32,278 bases of DNA from an uncultured virus (IMG/VR IMGVR_UViG_3300021142_000017) (lineage: Duplodnaviria; Heunggongvirae; Uroviricota; Caudoviricetes). The position numbers and the translations under genes were made by a program. Position 1 is the first letter of the stretch. Every line of letters begins with the position of its first letter. Positions 8,397 to 17,145 of the stretch are shown piece after piece. Under the pieces are notes generated by a model. That model was not told the DNA's origin. It ran no database searches and worked only from the letters and a program-made list of their open reading frames with translations. The stretch lies in IMG/VR virus record IMGVR_UViG_3300021142_000017, one strand, 5' to 3'.

Positions 8397-9277
8397 GGTA
8401 GAAGTACATACTTTCCCGTCAACCACTCATTATTAGCAGATGTAGAAGTAGAAACCATGTAGTTATAAGTATCTTGCCATGTTGCCTTACGGTTTAAAGA
8501 CCACCAACCTGACATTGCCGCTGTTGCATTAGATGTACCAACCATAAATTTTGTTTTTCCATTTGGTTGCATAACAATCCATCGGGCATTTAGATAAAAA
8601 CTGGTTTGAGCATTGCCGTTGCTATATCTAGCAATATAAGGCTTTGCGGTTGGGTCATATGTTTTACCAGAAGAACCTGGGTCTGGGTTATCAGTAGCGC
8701 CTACAGAAACAACATCTGGCAAACACGCAATAGAGTTCATAGCGGTTCGGTTGCTGTCATTTCCAGTTGCGCCTATTACTGCAACATTGTTTGCTTTAAG
8801 AGTTGCAACATCTTGTGCAGTTCCATTTGGCACCTGACAACCTGCAAAAACTCTTCCTTGAGACACGTTGACAACTGTAATGTTGTATTTGGCTCTATTT
8901 GCCACTACCCAATCCAACGCCAACTTAACTGCATCATTTGAATATAAATATGGGTAACCTTCAGGAGCAACACCAACAATACGAATTGGTATTAACTTTG
9001 CGTTTGGGTTTACTTTAGAAATAATAGAAAGCATTTCAGTACCGTGAGTAAGTGTGGTGTTTGTAGATGGCGCAATGTTAGCTGCCCCTACACCTTCCAT
9101 TTGGGCTTTACCGTTTGGGCACATTGAGTATTCAAGAATACAAACTTCGGTGATAATGTTTGGGAATTGTGAAGTAACAACTCCTGAATCAATAACAGCG
9201 ATAGATTGTGGTTGGTCCGCATGAACTGGTGTAGCAAGACCTACAAGTAATGCAATAGCTAGTAGTACTTTTTTCAT
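8393..9277 (-). CDS. Secreted subtilisin-like (S8) serine peptidase
   Basis: Signal peptide MKKVLLAIALLVGLATPVHA; catalytic triad AVIDSG / HGTEM / GTSNA; oxyanion ATGND. Confidence 0.9.
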   Translation of the reverse strand: MKKVLLAIALLVGLATPVHADQPQSIAVIDSGVVTSQFPNIITEVCILEYSMCPNGKAQMEGVGAANIAPSTNTTLTHGTEMLSIISKVNPNAKLIPIRIVGVAPEGYPYLYSNDAVKLALDWVVANRAKYNITVVNVSQGRVFAGCQVPNGTAQDVATLKANNVAVIGATGNDSNRTAMNSIACLPDVVSVGATDNPDPGSSGKTYDPTAKPYIARYSNGNAQTSFYLNARWIVMQPNGKTKFMVGTSNATAAMSGWWSLNRKATWQDTYNYMVSTSTSANNEWLTGKYVLLP

Positions 9278-10194
9278 ATTGCTTTATCCCCTTTAATCAT
9301 ATGTTTGGATGTTTCTATTCCAGACCTTACCTCATCTAGGGTCATAGCGCCAACATCTTTAACCTCTATTCCCGCATAGTTAAAGAACCAGCACTCTACA
9401 CCCATTTCGCGCACAATATTTAATAATGATTTGGAAGCAGACCTGCCTGCCTCATCGTTATCCATAGCAAAGATAATTCTGTCAGCTGAGCGTATAAGGT
9501 TTATTTGTTCAATAGAAACAGCCGTGCCAAAAGTAGCAACTCCTCCTTTAATACCTATAGAAGCTAAACGCACTACATCTAATGGGGACTCTAAAACAAT
9601 CATGTCGCCACCCTCGTACTTATTAAAACCAAATAAAGTTGTGCTCTTCTTAATGCCTGCAGGAACGTTTTTAAAATGACGCTGATATGCGCCCTTTTCC
9701 TGCCACCCCATTAAACGCCCGCTAACGGGGTTTCTAAGGACTGTAATCCAATTTGCATGGTGCCTATCCCATAGGACCTCGTAATCGTTACAGGCAAGGG
9801 GTGTAAGACCTCTATTGGCCATTGCTTCAAGAGGCGGCATAGTAAAAGCGCTAAGCATTGATTCGTTGACCCTAGTTGGCTCTGCTATCTCTTCTACCTT
9901 CTCTTGAGTTATGCGCCTAAAGCGTTTCATCATTGCAGAGGGTTCTATATCAAAGTCAGGTGTATAAGTTCCGCCAGTAATGTACTTAACTAATGTATAG
10001 ACGTTTCCAGCCCAACCGCAGGAAAAACAAATAAAAGCTGTAGAGTCTGCGTTAATCCAAAAAGAAGGATTATGGTCTACGTGACCTGTTCTTTGTTCAT
10101 GAGCAGCGCAATAGCAATTAATCTCATCTCCTCGGGAATCAAGTATCTCTATACCAAGGCTGTTAAGCGTCTCTTCCATCTCCTCTATTGTCAT
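9274..10194 (-). CDS. DnaG-like DNA primase (zinc finger plus TOPRIM)
   Basis: CAAH...DHNPSF...CFSC zinc finger; TOPRIM motifs LESPLD and MDNDEAG. Confidence 0.9.
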   Translation of the reverse strand: MTIEEMEETLNSLGIEILDSRGDEINCYCAAHEQRTGHVDHNPSFWINADSTAFICFSCGWAGNVYTLVKYITGGTYTPDFDIEPSAMMKRFRRITQEKVEEIAEPTRVNESMLSAFTMPPLEAMANRGLTPLACNDYEVLWDRHHANWITVLRNPVSGRLMGWQEKGAYQRHFKNVPAGIKKSTTLFGFNKYEGGDMIVLESPLDVVRLASIGIKGGVATFGTAVSIEQINLIRSADRIIFAMDNDEAGRSASKSLLNIVREMGVECWFFNYAGIEVKDVGAMTLDEVRSGIETSKHMIKGDKAI

Positions 10195-11417
10195 AGGTCT
10201 TCGTCGCTCATCTCTCTAAACTGACCAGTGTCCCAATCCCAAACCAAAGAAACTTCACTAAGCCCACCATTACGGCTGGCAATAACTCTAAGTGTTCTAA
10301 AAGTATCAACGTTCTCATCCTCGCGCTGAAGACCAAATATAACATCGGCATCTTGGTGAAATGAGGAAGAGTAACCAATAGAGTCTGCGCTCACTTTGCC
10401 ACCCTTCATTTTCCAAGTAAGGGCCTGGGTAGAGATAACAATTGGCCTATTAACTTTTTGGGCTAAGCGTTTTAAAGAACGAGTAATGTTAGTAATAGCT
10501 AGTGGGGTTCCTTGGTCTGCACCATTCTCATCAATCATGAGATAAGTACCATCAATAAAAATAATATCTGGGTTCTTGGTCTGAATTTTGCTGGCTACCG
10601 CGCTTACCGTCTGACCATTGGCTGAATCTACAAACCAAAACTTATCGGACATAGTCTCAATGCTAGAAGCAATCTTTAGATAGCGTGCTTCCTCTTCTGC
10701 TGTCAAAGTTCCTGTCATTAAACGTTTATGACTAATCCTTGCGCGCATAGCGTAATAACGGCTTTTCTGCTCCGCGTTGCTCATCTCAAAAGACATGAAC
10801 ATAGGAACCTTATTGGCCAAGTGAGCGTTAATAGCAATCTGCAAAGCAAGGGTTGATTTACCAGTTTTAGGAGGGGCAACAATAACAATAAGCTGTCCAG
10901 GTTGTAGGCCTGATGTGGCCTCATCCATTGTTTTAAAACCTGTAGGAAGTCCTAATAGTCCTGGGTTGTTTTTACGAAACTCGTACTCTTCTTTTGCTTT
11001 CTTTGCTGCTGCTGTAATTTCTAAATCGTTAGAGCGGTTAAGCCCTTCTTCTTCAAGATTAATAAGACCGCGCTCCATGCTTAGAACAGCAGCCTCATGG
11101 TCTTTTGTTTTATCTAAAGCTTCAAGCGCACCACCTACAGTTTTTACAATAATAGTCTTGCGACGAGCATCAACTAACCTATCTAAAAGATACTGAGAAC
11201 TGTCTTCAACAGGTATAGGTTCATATGTAGGAAAATTTTCTTTAATAACTTCAAGGCTGGGGCACTCTTGATAGTTAGAGTAATGGGCATGTAAAAACTT
11301 AAATAACTTTTTATCTGAAGCATCTGCAAACCATTCTTCAGAAACCCCTTGCTCAAGAATCTGACCAAGGTTACGGTCTTGAATTATTTTGCTAAGAAGC
11401 TTTGCTTCGTTATTCAT
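10191..11417 (-). CDS. dnaB: DnaB-like replicative helicase
   Basis: GLPTGF..MD..TSGLQPGQL, Walker A APPKTGKS, SFEMS, IFIDG, QDAD. Confidence 0.92.
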   Translation of the reverse strand: MNNEAKLLSKIIQDRNLGQILEQGVSEEWFADASDKKLFKFLHAHYSNYQECPSLEVIKENFPTYEPIPVEDSSQYLLDRLVDARRKTIIVKTVGGALEALDKTKDHEAAVLSMERGLINLEEEGLNRSNDLEITAAAKKAKEEYEFRKNNPGLLGLPTGFKTMDEATSGLQPGQLIVIVAPPKTGKSTLALQIAINAHLANKVPMFMSFEMSNAEQKSRYYAMRARISHKRLMTGTLTAEEEARYLKIASSIETMSDKFWFVDSANGQTVSAVASKIQTKNPDIIFIDGTYLMIDENGADQGTPLAITNITRSLKRLAQKVNRPIVISTQALTWKMKGGKVSADSIGYSSSFHQDADVIFGLQREDENVDTFRTLRVIASRNGGLSEVSLVWDWDTGQFREMSDEDL

Positions 11418-11821
11418 AAGTTATTGATATCCATTCCCCAGTGTCCGTATCGTAGCAGTCGTTCTGGTTTATCCAACACACCTATTACTTCAGGGCGATA
11501 TGGTAGCTCATCAATCAACTGATTAATAGAACTGTAAGCCGTGTAGTATCTAAATGGATTGGTACCCATATTGTCAAGCATGTCATTAACGGACTCTAAT
11601 TGCTCATCGTCCATGTTAAAAGAAACTAGTTCAAGAGTAATCCCCTGCCTAGTTGTTACTAAGTAAAGATAACTAAGTAATTCTCTCTTTATCTTTTTGT
11701 CGACTTGAGGAACGCGAAGAACCTTAAATCGTTTCTTTACTGTGAGCTCCGTTAATAAGAATACGTCTAGTACTACGATTATTCTCTTGGGGAGCTCATT
11801 ACTGATGTCCCCATTGCGCAT
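11414..11821 (-). CDS. Hypothetical protein (possibly a degenerate HAD-like fold)
   Basis: ATGA-coupled to dnaB. The fold call rests only on the IIVVLD strand and is weak. Confidence 0.65.
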   Translation of the reverse strand: MRNGDISNELPKRIIVVLDVFLLTELTVKKRFKVLRVPQVDKKIKRELLSYLYLVTTRQGITLELVSFNMDDEQLESVNDMLDNMGTNPFRYYTAYSSINQLIDELPYRPEVIGVLDKPERLLRYGHWGMDINNL

Positions 11822-12133
11822 TTAAAAAACCTCTATTTTTCCAAACTTAAGTATGAATGCTCTAAAGGCTTTGTTTGAACGCTTGGCATTAACAGCATCC
11901 TCATCAGTAGCTCTATTGGAAATCTCTAAAGGATAGTTTCCGTTATTGCCGTCTATTCGGGCGTTTACAAACTTAGTATGTTTGCAAGAAGAACGAGCTA
12001 AGTACCCAGGACAGGTGCAATATAGCCCACCGTCTTCATCGGCAGAAACCTCAAAGATACCTGGTCCAGGGGTTTGGGTTTGGCTAAGGAAGACTTGAAC
12101 CAAGCGCAGGTCTTTCACTTTATTCTCTCTCAT
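11822..12133 (-). CDS. SWIM zinc-finger protein
   Basis: YCTCPGY....SCKH matches the SWIM CxC-n-CxH signature. Confidence 0.8.
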   Translation of the reverse strand: MRENKVKDLRLVQVFLSQTQTPGPGIFEVSADEDGGLYCTCPGYLARSSCKHTKFVNARIDGNNGNYPLEISNRATDEDAVNAKRSNKAFRAFILKFGKIEVF

Positions 12134-12819
12134 TTACGAAGGTCGCCTTTAGCGGATTGCAAAGAAAGATAAATAAAGGCCTCATTAACAAAACTTTCCG
12201 TAGCGTCACCGTAGAGCCCTGCCCAATCTTTCTTAGCAATGTTAGTAGTAATAATGGTAGGCAATCCATTGTTAAAACGTGTCCTTAACACATGATGTAA
12301 CATATTTTTTTGCCAACCAGTTAAACCAGCATGCTCTTTACCAACATCATCTATAATAAGAACTCTAACATTGTAAGCATCGTTTAGGCATTCACCTAAC
12401 ATACCTTGGTATATAAGTTCTTCTTCATCAGTTGGACCACTCATAATTGAACCTTTTAAATCAAGAATGTCGTTAAAAGTAGCAAAATAACAAGGACGAA
12501 TTAAAGTTTTTCCATCTTTAGCATCAAATTGCTCTAAAGATAAATTAAGCATTAATTCTTGAATTATTGCCAAAGCTATTGTTGTTTTTCCAAGCCCAGG
12601 TGTTCCGTAAAACATTAAACCTTTTCCACAATACTTTTCACCAGGAACTCTAATAACTTTGTTGTTTTGAACAGCTGTAATCCAAATACTAATAAAATCT
12701 AGCGCGCTTGATTGGGCCTCTGTACAATCATCTAACAACCAACCAAGACGAGCATTGGGTATATTTGCTAATTGAATCCAAGCCTTGCGTCTAATCTTTA
12801 CATCATCAATGGTAAACAT
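12130..12819 (-). CDS. DnaC/IstB-like AAA+ ATPase (helicase loader)
   Basis: GLMFYGTPGLGKT, LIIDDVGKE, R..NGLPTIITTN. It lies between an HTH gene and dnaB. Confidence 0.85.
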   Translation of the reverse strand: MFTIDDVKIRRKAWIQLANIPNARLGWLLDDCTEAQSSALDFISIWITAVQNNKVIRVPGEKYCGKGLMFYGTPGLGKTTIALAIIQELMLNLSLEQFDAKDGKTLIRPCYFATFNDILDLKGSIMSGPTDEEELIYQGMLGECLNDAYNVRVLIIDDVGKEHAGLTGWQKNMLHHVLRTRFNNGLPTIITTNIAKKDWAGLYGDATESFVNEAFIYLSLQSAKGDLRK

Positions 12820-12822
12820 GTG

Positions 12823-13647
12823 TTAAAGCAACCCTTCTTTAAATTTAGCAATACTTCGTTCAGACTCAAGTCGTTCATTCTCAAGGTCTTCTGGAGTAAC
12901 AATAGACTGTTTTGCCTGTTCTAGCAGAGAAGCGTATTGAAATATGAACATTGCCCAAACCCTATTGGGGTCATTAATGGTTTTATCATGAGCAATCTTG
13001 CTAAAGAATATATCCATCATCTTCATCTCAATAGTGCCGTTAGTACCGTGAGCCTCGCGCTTTTTAGCTAAGGCAAAACGAAGCTTGCTCTCAGTTAGTT
13101 TAAACGGAGCAATGTGAAAGATGTTGTGCATGCGGTTGGCAAACTCAAAGGAGGAGTCTGTAACAGTCCACTTGTCAGAGTTTCTAGGGTCTCGGCGCTC
13201 CATGCGTTTTTCTTTACGGCGGTTATAGGCATCAACCTTTTCCTGAGCTTTGCGGGCCTCATGTTTTTGGCGAGCCAAATTCTCTTCCTCTGGAGAGTCG
13301 TAGTATTCCATTTCTTTTTTCCCCTTCCGCGAACTCGTTTCGCTATTAGGTAAATACAAATAAGAATTAGTATTTAGTAATAAATTACTATTCAGCTTCT
13401 TCAATAGAGTGTATGTACGGGTTTCCAGGAACTGGTTTCCCGCAACAGTGATTCTAATATCTTTGACCACTCTACCGTTTTTCATTGGGATAGTTACCGT
13501 CTCTAGATAGCCCGCTTTGCGCAGGTTGTTTATAGAGGTCTGTACGGCGTCTCTACCCTCATCTAACTTTTTAGAAATGCCCTTAGCAGCCCCATGGGAC
13601 GGTGTAAGTGCGATTTCCTCTAGGATAGCTATGTCTCTTGCTTTCAA
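12823..13647 (-). CDS. HTH-domain protein, putative replication initiator
   Basis: N-terminal winged HTH (EGRDAVQTSINNLRKAGYL) and an AT-rich linker. It lies directly upstream of the DnaC-like loader. Confidence 0.6.
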   Translation of the reverse strand: MKARDIAILEEIALTPSHGAAKGISKKLDEGRDAVQTSINNLRKAGYLETVTIPMKNGRVVKDIRITVAGNQFLETRTYTLLKKLNSNLLLNTNSYLYLPNSETSSRKGKKEMEYYDSPEEENLARQKHEARKAQEKVDAYNRRKEKRMERRDPRNSDKWTVTDSSFEFANRMHNIFHIAPFKLTESKLRFALAKKREAHGTNGTIEMKMMDIFFSKIAHDKTINDPNRVWAMFIFQYASLLEQAKQSIVTPEDLENERLESERSIAKFKEGLL

Positions 13648-14291
13648 GGCTTCCTAGGGCCCTTCTGAGGCTGATTTGAGGCATTCAGCTCGGCTACCAC
13701 GGCTCTAGCTATTAGCTTTGCCAAAGCTTCCAGCCCTGTAAAGACCTCCTCGATGATTTCGTCTTCATCATCGAACTCCTCATCGTCTTCATCTTCCTGT
13801 TCTTCCTGCTCTTCTTCCCTTATGGTTTCAGCAAAAGGGATATGGGTAGGTTCTTCCTTGGGTTTGATGTCCTTAGCGGCTTTAAGGTCGTTAAGCCCAT
13901 CTGTAAGGTCGTAGCATGGGACGTCCAGCTCTTTACAGATAGCAAGGGTATTTAGACAGTCTTCGTCTTCATCATCCCAGAGAATAAACGCAACCGCTTT
14001 TTCACCCTTGATGTGTTTGACGGCATCTCGGATTGGGTTCTCTGAATTAGTAAAAGCGACTCCTCCAGGTAATCCTTCAAACTCTGCGGAGTCCTTGGAA
14101 AAGACGACTATATCTTTACTCTTGTCTCTAGCCAGTTGAGCAGCAAAAATTTGCCCTTGACTAGGTTTATCTTTGTAGGCCATTACCAATATGCCCTCGG
14201 CACCATTGGCGTAATAATGGTCTTCCATAAGCGCATCTAAATTAGCGCGACTTGTTGTGCCGTTTCCAGCGACTAAAACATAGTACTTCAC
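13644..14291 (-). CDS. Hypothetical protein, Rossmannoid (SLOG/YspA-like?) domain with an acidic tail
   Basis: GTG start with strong SD AAGGAGGT; VLVAGNG...AFILWD...DVPCY; poly-D/E tract. Confidence 0.6.
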   Translation of the reverse strand: MKYYVLVAGNGTTSRANLDALMEDHYYANGAEGILVMAYKDKPSQGQIFAAQLARDKSKDIVVFSKDSAEFEGLPGGVAFTNSENPIRDAVKHIKGEKAVAFILWDDEDEDCLNTLAICKELDVPCYDLTDGLNDLKAAKDIKPKEEPTHIPFAETIREEEQEEQEDEDDEEFDDEDEIIEEVFTGLEALAKLIARAVVAELNASNQPQKGPRKP

Positions 14292-14316
14292 AGTACCTCC
14301 TTTGTAGGGGAGGCAA

Positions 14317-14325
14317 ACGCTACCA
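14317..14325 (-). promoter_or_regulatory. Extended -10 promoter at the head of the replication module
   Basis: TG-G-TAGCGT (TGnTAnnnT) in the gap upstream of the first replication-module gene. Confidence 0.5.
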
Positions 14326-14329
14326 CACT

Positions 14330-14602
14330 TTATTTAACTTGATAGACCGTCGTCTTGTGGTAGGTAATTCTTTTAACCACTGTATATAGTGAAGCTCCTA
14401 GAAAAGCTCCAGAAACAGTGTAAACAACAAATAACTTTGTTTCGTGGATGCTTACTAGCCATGTTCCAAATGTCGACAATGATAAAGAGGCTATGGCCTC
14501 TACAGCCCTACCGCCAATAAACTCTTCTATAAACTCAAATAAAGGAGTTAACGCGGCAAGAAAGAAAGAGGCAAATAAAGATATAAGTAATAGGTTTAGC
14601 AT
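14330..14602 (-). CDS. Small membrane protein with about 3 TM helices (holin candidate)
   Basis: Three hydrophobic segments and a basic C-terminus, at the end of the tail module. Holin function is inference only. Confidence 0.55.
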   Translation of the reverse strand: MLNLLLISLFASFFLAALTPLFEFIEEFIGGRAVEAIASLSLSTFGTWLVSIHETKLFVVYTVSGAFLGASLYTVVKRITYHKTTVYQVK

Positions 14603-14614
14603 GTAGGAAGTCTA

Positions 14615-17143
14615 CTACGTTTGTGGCTGTGCTATATACACTGCAGCAGTAGAGCCCATAGGCAATTCAGCGGTTAGAATTGCCCCAAATAAGCGGGTTT
14701 GCACTACAAAACTATTCTTGTAGTAGTGGCTGCGTGCAGCGTTCGCCACCTCACCTTCCCAGATAAAATTACGGTAGTCACCCAGAACTGTAGAGCCGTC
14801 AAAGTATGTAAGAAGTTGTCCGCTATTTTCAAACAAAGCGTGGTCTAGTAATAGAACGTGTGTAGATGTTGTAGACCAATCTACCTCAACACTTGCATAG
14901 GCTGCTGTTGCTGGTGCAGTTCCAGTTACATACGGTCTATTCCAAGACCCAGTTGGTACAGAGGTTGCAGTTCCTGTTGATGAACTGATTAAAGAGTAAG
15001 AAGTGTCGTACCAGTTAATCTTTAATGTAATTGATTCTGCTGCGGTTATTGCTTGAGCATATGTGCTAAATGTGTAAGAGGTATTAGGGTAGAAAATGCC
15101 CATAAGTTGAGAGGTAGTTGAACCGTCCCAAGAGTTAGTTACTACAGAGCTAGCAGATGCTGTTACTTGTAGTTGATGTCTTGTGGCGTAGACAGAACCT
15201 GTTGTAACAGTTGAGTTAGACGCTGTTACTGCATAACTAAATGTGCTCAGGGTTACTGCTGTAATTGTTCTAGCCCCGTTGTAGTTAGACGCTCCTGTAC
15301 CAGTAACTCCAGTAATAGTTACTGAAGAGCCTACTTGATATGAATGAGGGTGATTGAGGGTAACTGTGGCTACGTTAGAAACAATGCTTGCTGCAGTAAT
15401 TGAGAACGTATCTGCTCCTGGCTCTGGATACGTAGTTATAATTGATTGAGATGCGCCAGTAGAGGTCCAAGGAGTAGTTGCTGTAGAGAAATTAGGGTTG
15501 ATTAATTCATTGATTCTGTTAGCGCGCAAAGTGATGTGTAGTTGGCGGGCTTCATCAAATGATGTAGGCGTGCTAGCAGCTTCAAATTGAGCCGCATCAA
15601 AGAAGTGGTGCTCGTTAGTAGCAGAACCTCCTACAGATGCAACAGAGATTCCTGGAGCAGCATAATAGGCGCCAGTAGGAGCAGCGGCTGATACATAAGG
15701 GCGGTATGAACCAGAGAATGTGGCTGTATTATCAGATACTCCAGTGCCACTAGATGTAGATAGATAAACACCAAAACGGTTGTACCACTTAATTTTTGCT
15801 GTAACTGTTCGTGCAGTTGAGCCTGTCCCTTTAGAAGCGTAAATACTAAAGCAGTATGTTGTTGCAGCGGTTACTGGTATTCCGTTTGTTATTGGAGCGT
15901 CGTCCCCGCAGTAGACGTTAAGAGTTTGAGCGCTTGCTGAAACATTGTAAACAGATAGTATGCTGTTTGCTTTATTTGGAAATAGTGTAGGCGCTGTTGG
16001 TTCTATCCATGGTGCTGGGTATGGAGTAATTAATCCGTAAGCTCCAGTTGCGGCGTTGTAACCAGTAGTTGTGGCTAGGTTAGAAGTTGTTATAGCAAAG
16101 CTTAAAGAGGTTGAGGTAACCGCGGTAATTGTGTATGGAGTTGCTGAGTTAAATAGAGGGTAAGGCAATCCACTGATTGTTATGTAATTTCCAACATCGT
16201 ATTGTTGGTTGTAACTTGCGCTAAAGGTTAAAGTAGCAACATTTGAAGTAACAGATATTGTTAGGATATTCATTATTGGCATGTAGTCAAAATCTGCTGT
16301 TCCATCTCCAGATACCCAGTGACCAGTTCCTTCTTCAAATGAAGAGTCGTTATAGTCCAGCATAATGTTGTGACCAATAGTGATTCCATTAGTGCTTGGG
16401 TTAGGCGTGTTAGATATAGGTACTGGAACTCCCCAGCCACTAAAGTCTTTAATAAAACCTAGCAATCCTTCTTTAGAACCTTTTTGCTTTGTAAGGGTAA
16501 CCCCATCACGCAACAAGATGCGGTTTTGTTGAAGACCAATAGCTGGTTCATACGTCTGACCAAATTGGTTCATAAGGGTTGGCACTAGCGCTCCATTTAC
16601 TTTTTCAGGGTTATAGCGCTCTAGTAATAGCTCTGTCATTGTGTGCTCATAGTCCAACTCAAACCCAAAGTTACTTAGGAATGAATAGAGGGCTGGATTA
16701 TCCCAATCAGAAGAAGGAGAGTAAGGCGTAGTAATTTTATAAATATCTGGCAATGCGTTATAAAGATTTGTAGTGTTTCCTTGGTCTTTAACTGAAACCG
16801 CAAATGCGCTACCCGCATTAGACCAAGTATATTGAACAAGGTTATATACAAAAATTGTGTAGTAATAAAACTGGCTTGGTGCCAATCCAGTATCTTGATA
16901 GGTAACAGGGTCTGCTCCGTTGTAGGCAGTTAGTAGGGTGGTTCCATCAGACACATCTACTGGAAACCCATAAGAGTTTCTTACAACAACTAACTTAGAC
17001 CAGTTACCTGTTGGGTCTGTCCAATTTAAAAGTATTTGACCTTGTTTAGATGGAATTGCTGTAAAAGGGGTTGCGTCAAACTTAATAGGGTTATCAATAC
17101 CATAATAGGATTGCCCATAATAATCAATTCCGTAGCGTGACAT
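14615..17143 (-). CDS. Baseplate wedge / tail protein (FN3-like, P2 gpI-like and carbohydrate-binding-like modules)
   Basis: N-terminal FN3-like region (LNWTDP...YQDTGL...YYYTIF); LYNALP..Y...KQKGS..GL..FI; two CBM-like repeats (TYxFS.YA...I.WY...A.AP..A.YA). Follows baseplate J. Confidence 0.75.
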   Translation of the reverse strand: MSRYGIDYYGQSYYGIDNPIKFDATPFTAIPSKQGQILLNWTDPTGNWSKLVVVRNSYGFPVDVSDGTTLLTAYNGADPVTYQDTGLAPSQFYYYTIFVYNLVQYTWSNAGSAFAVSVKDQGNTTNLYNALPDIYKITTPYSPSSDWDNPALYSFLSNFGFELDYEHTMTELLLERYNPEKVNGALVPTLMNQFGQTYEPAIGLQQNRILLRDGVTLTKQKGSKEGLLGFIKDFSGWGVPVPISNTPNPSTNGITIGHNIMLDYNDSSFEEGTGHWVSGDGTADFDYMPIMNILTISVTSNVATLTFSASYNQQYDVGNYITISGLPYPLFNSATPYTITAVTSTSLSFAITTSNLATTTGYNAATGAYGLITPYPAPWIEPTAPTLFPNKANSILSVYNVSASAQTLNVYCGDDAPITNGIPVTAATTYCFSIYASKGTGSTARTVTAKIKWYNRFGVYLSTSSGTGVSDNTATFSGSYRPYVSAAAPTGAYYAAPGISVASVGGSATNEHHFFDAAQFEAASTPTSFDEARQLHITLRANRINELINPNFSTATTPWTSTGASQSIITTYPEPGADTFSITAASIVSNVATVTLNHPHSYQVGSSVTITGVTGTGASNYNGARTITAVTLSTFSYAVTASNSTVTTGSVYATRHQLQVTASASSVVTNSWDGSTTSQLMGIFYPNTSYTFSTYAQAITAAESITLKINWYDTSYSLISSSTGTATSVPTGSWNRPYVTGTAPATAAYASVEVDWSTTSTHVLLLDHALFENSGQLLTYFDGSTVLGDYRNFIWEGEVANAARSHYYKNSFVVQTRLFGAILTAELPMGSTAAVYIAQPQT

Positions 17144-17145
17144 GG

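Noticed and set aside
537..11417. Inteins or introns in RecA, PolA, SNF2 or DnaB
   Set aside because: The ORFs are uninterrupted and of ordinary length, with no splicing motifs.
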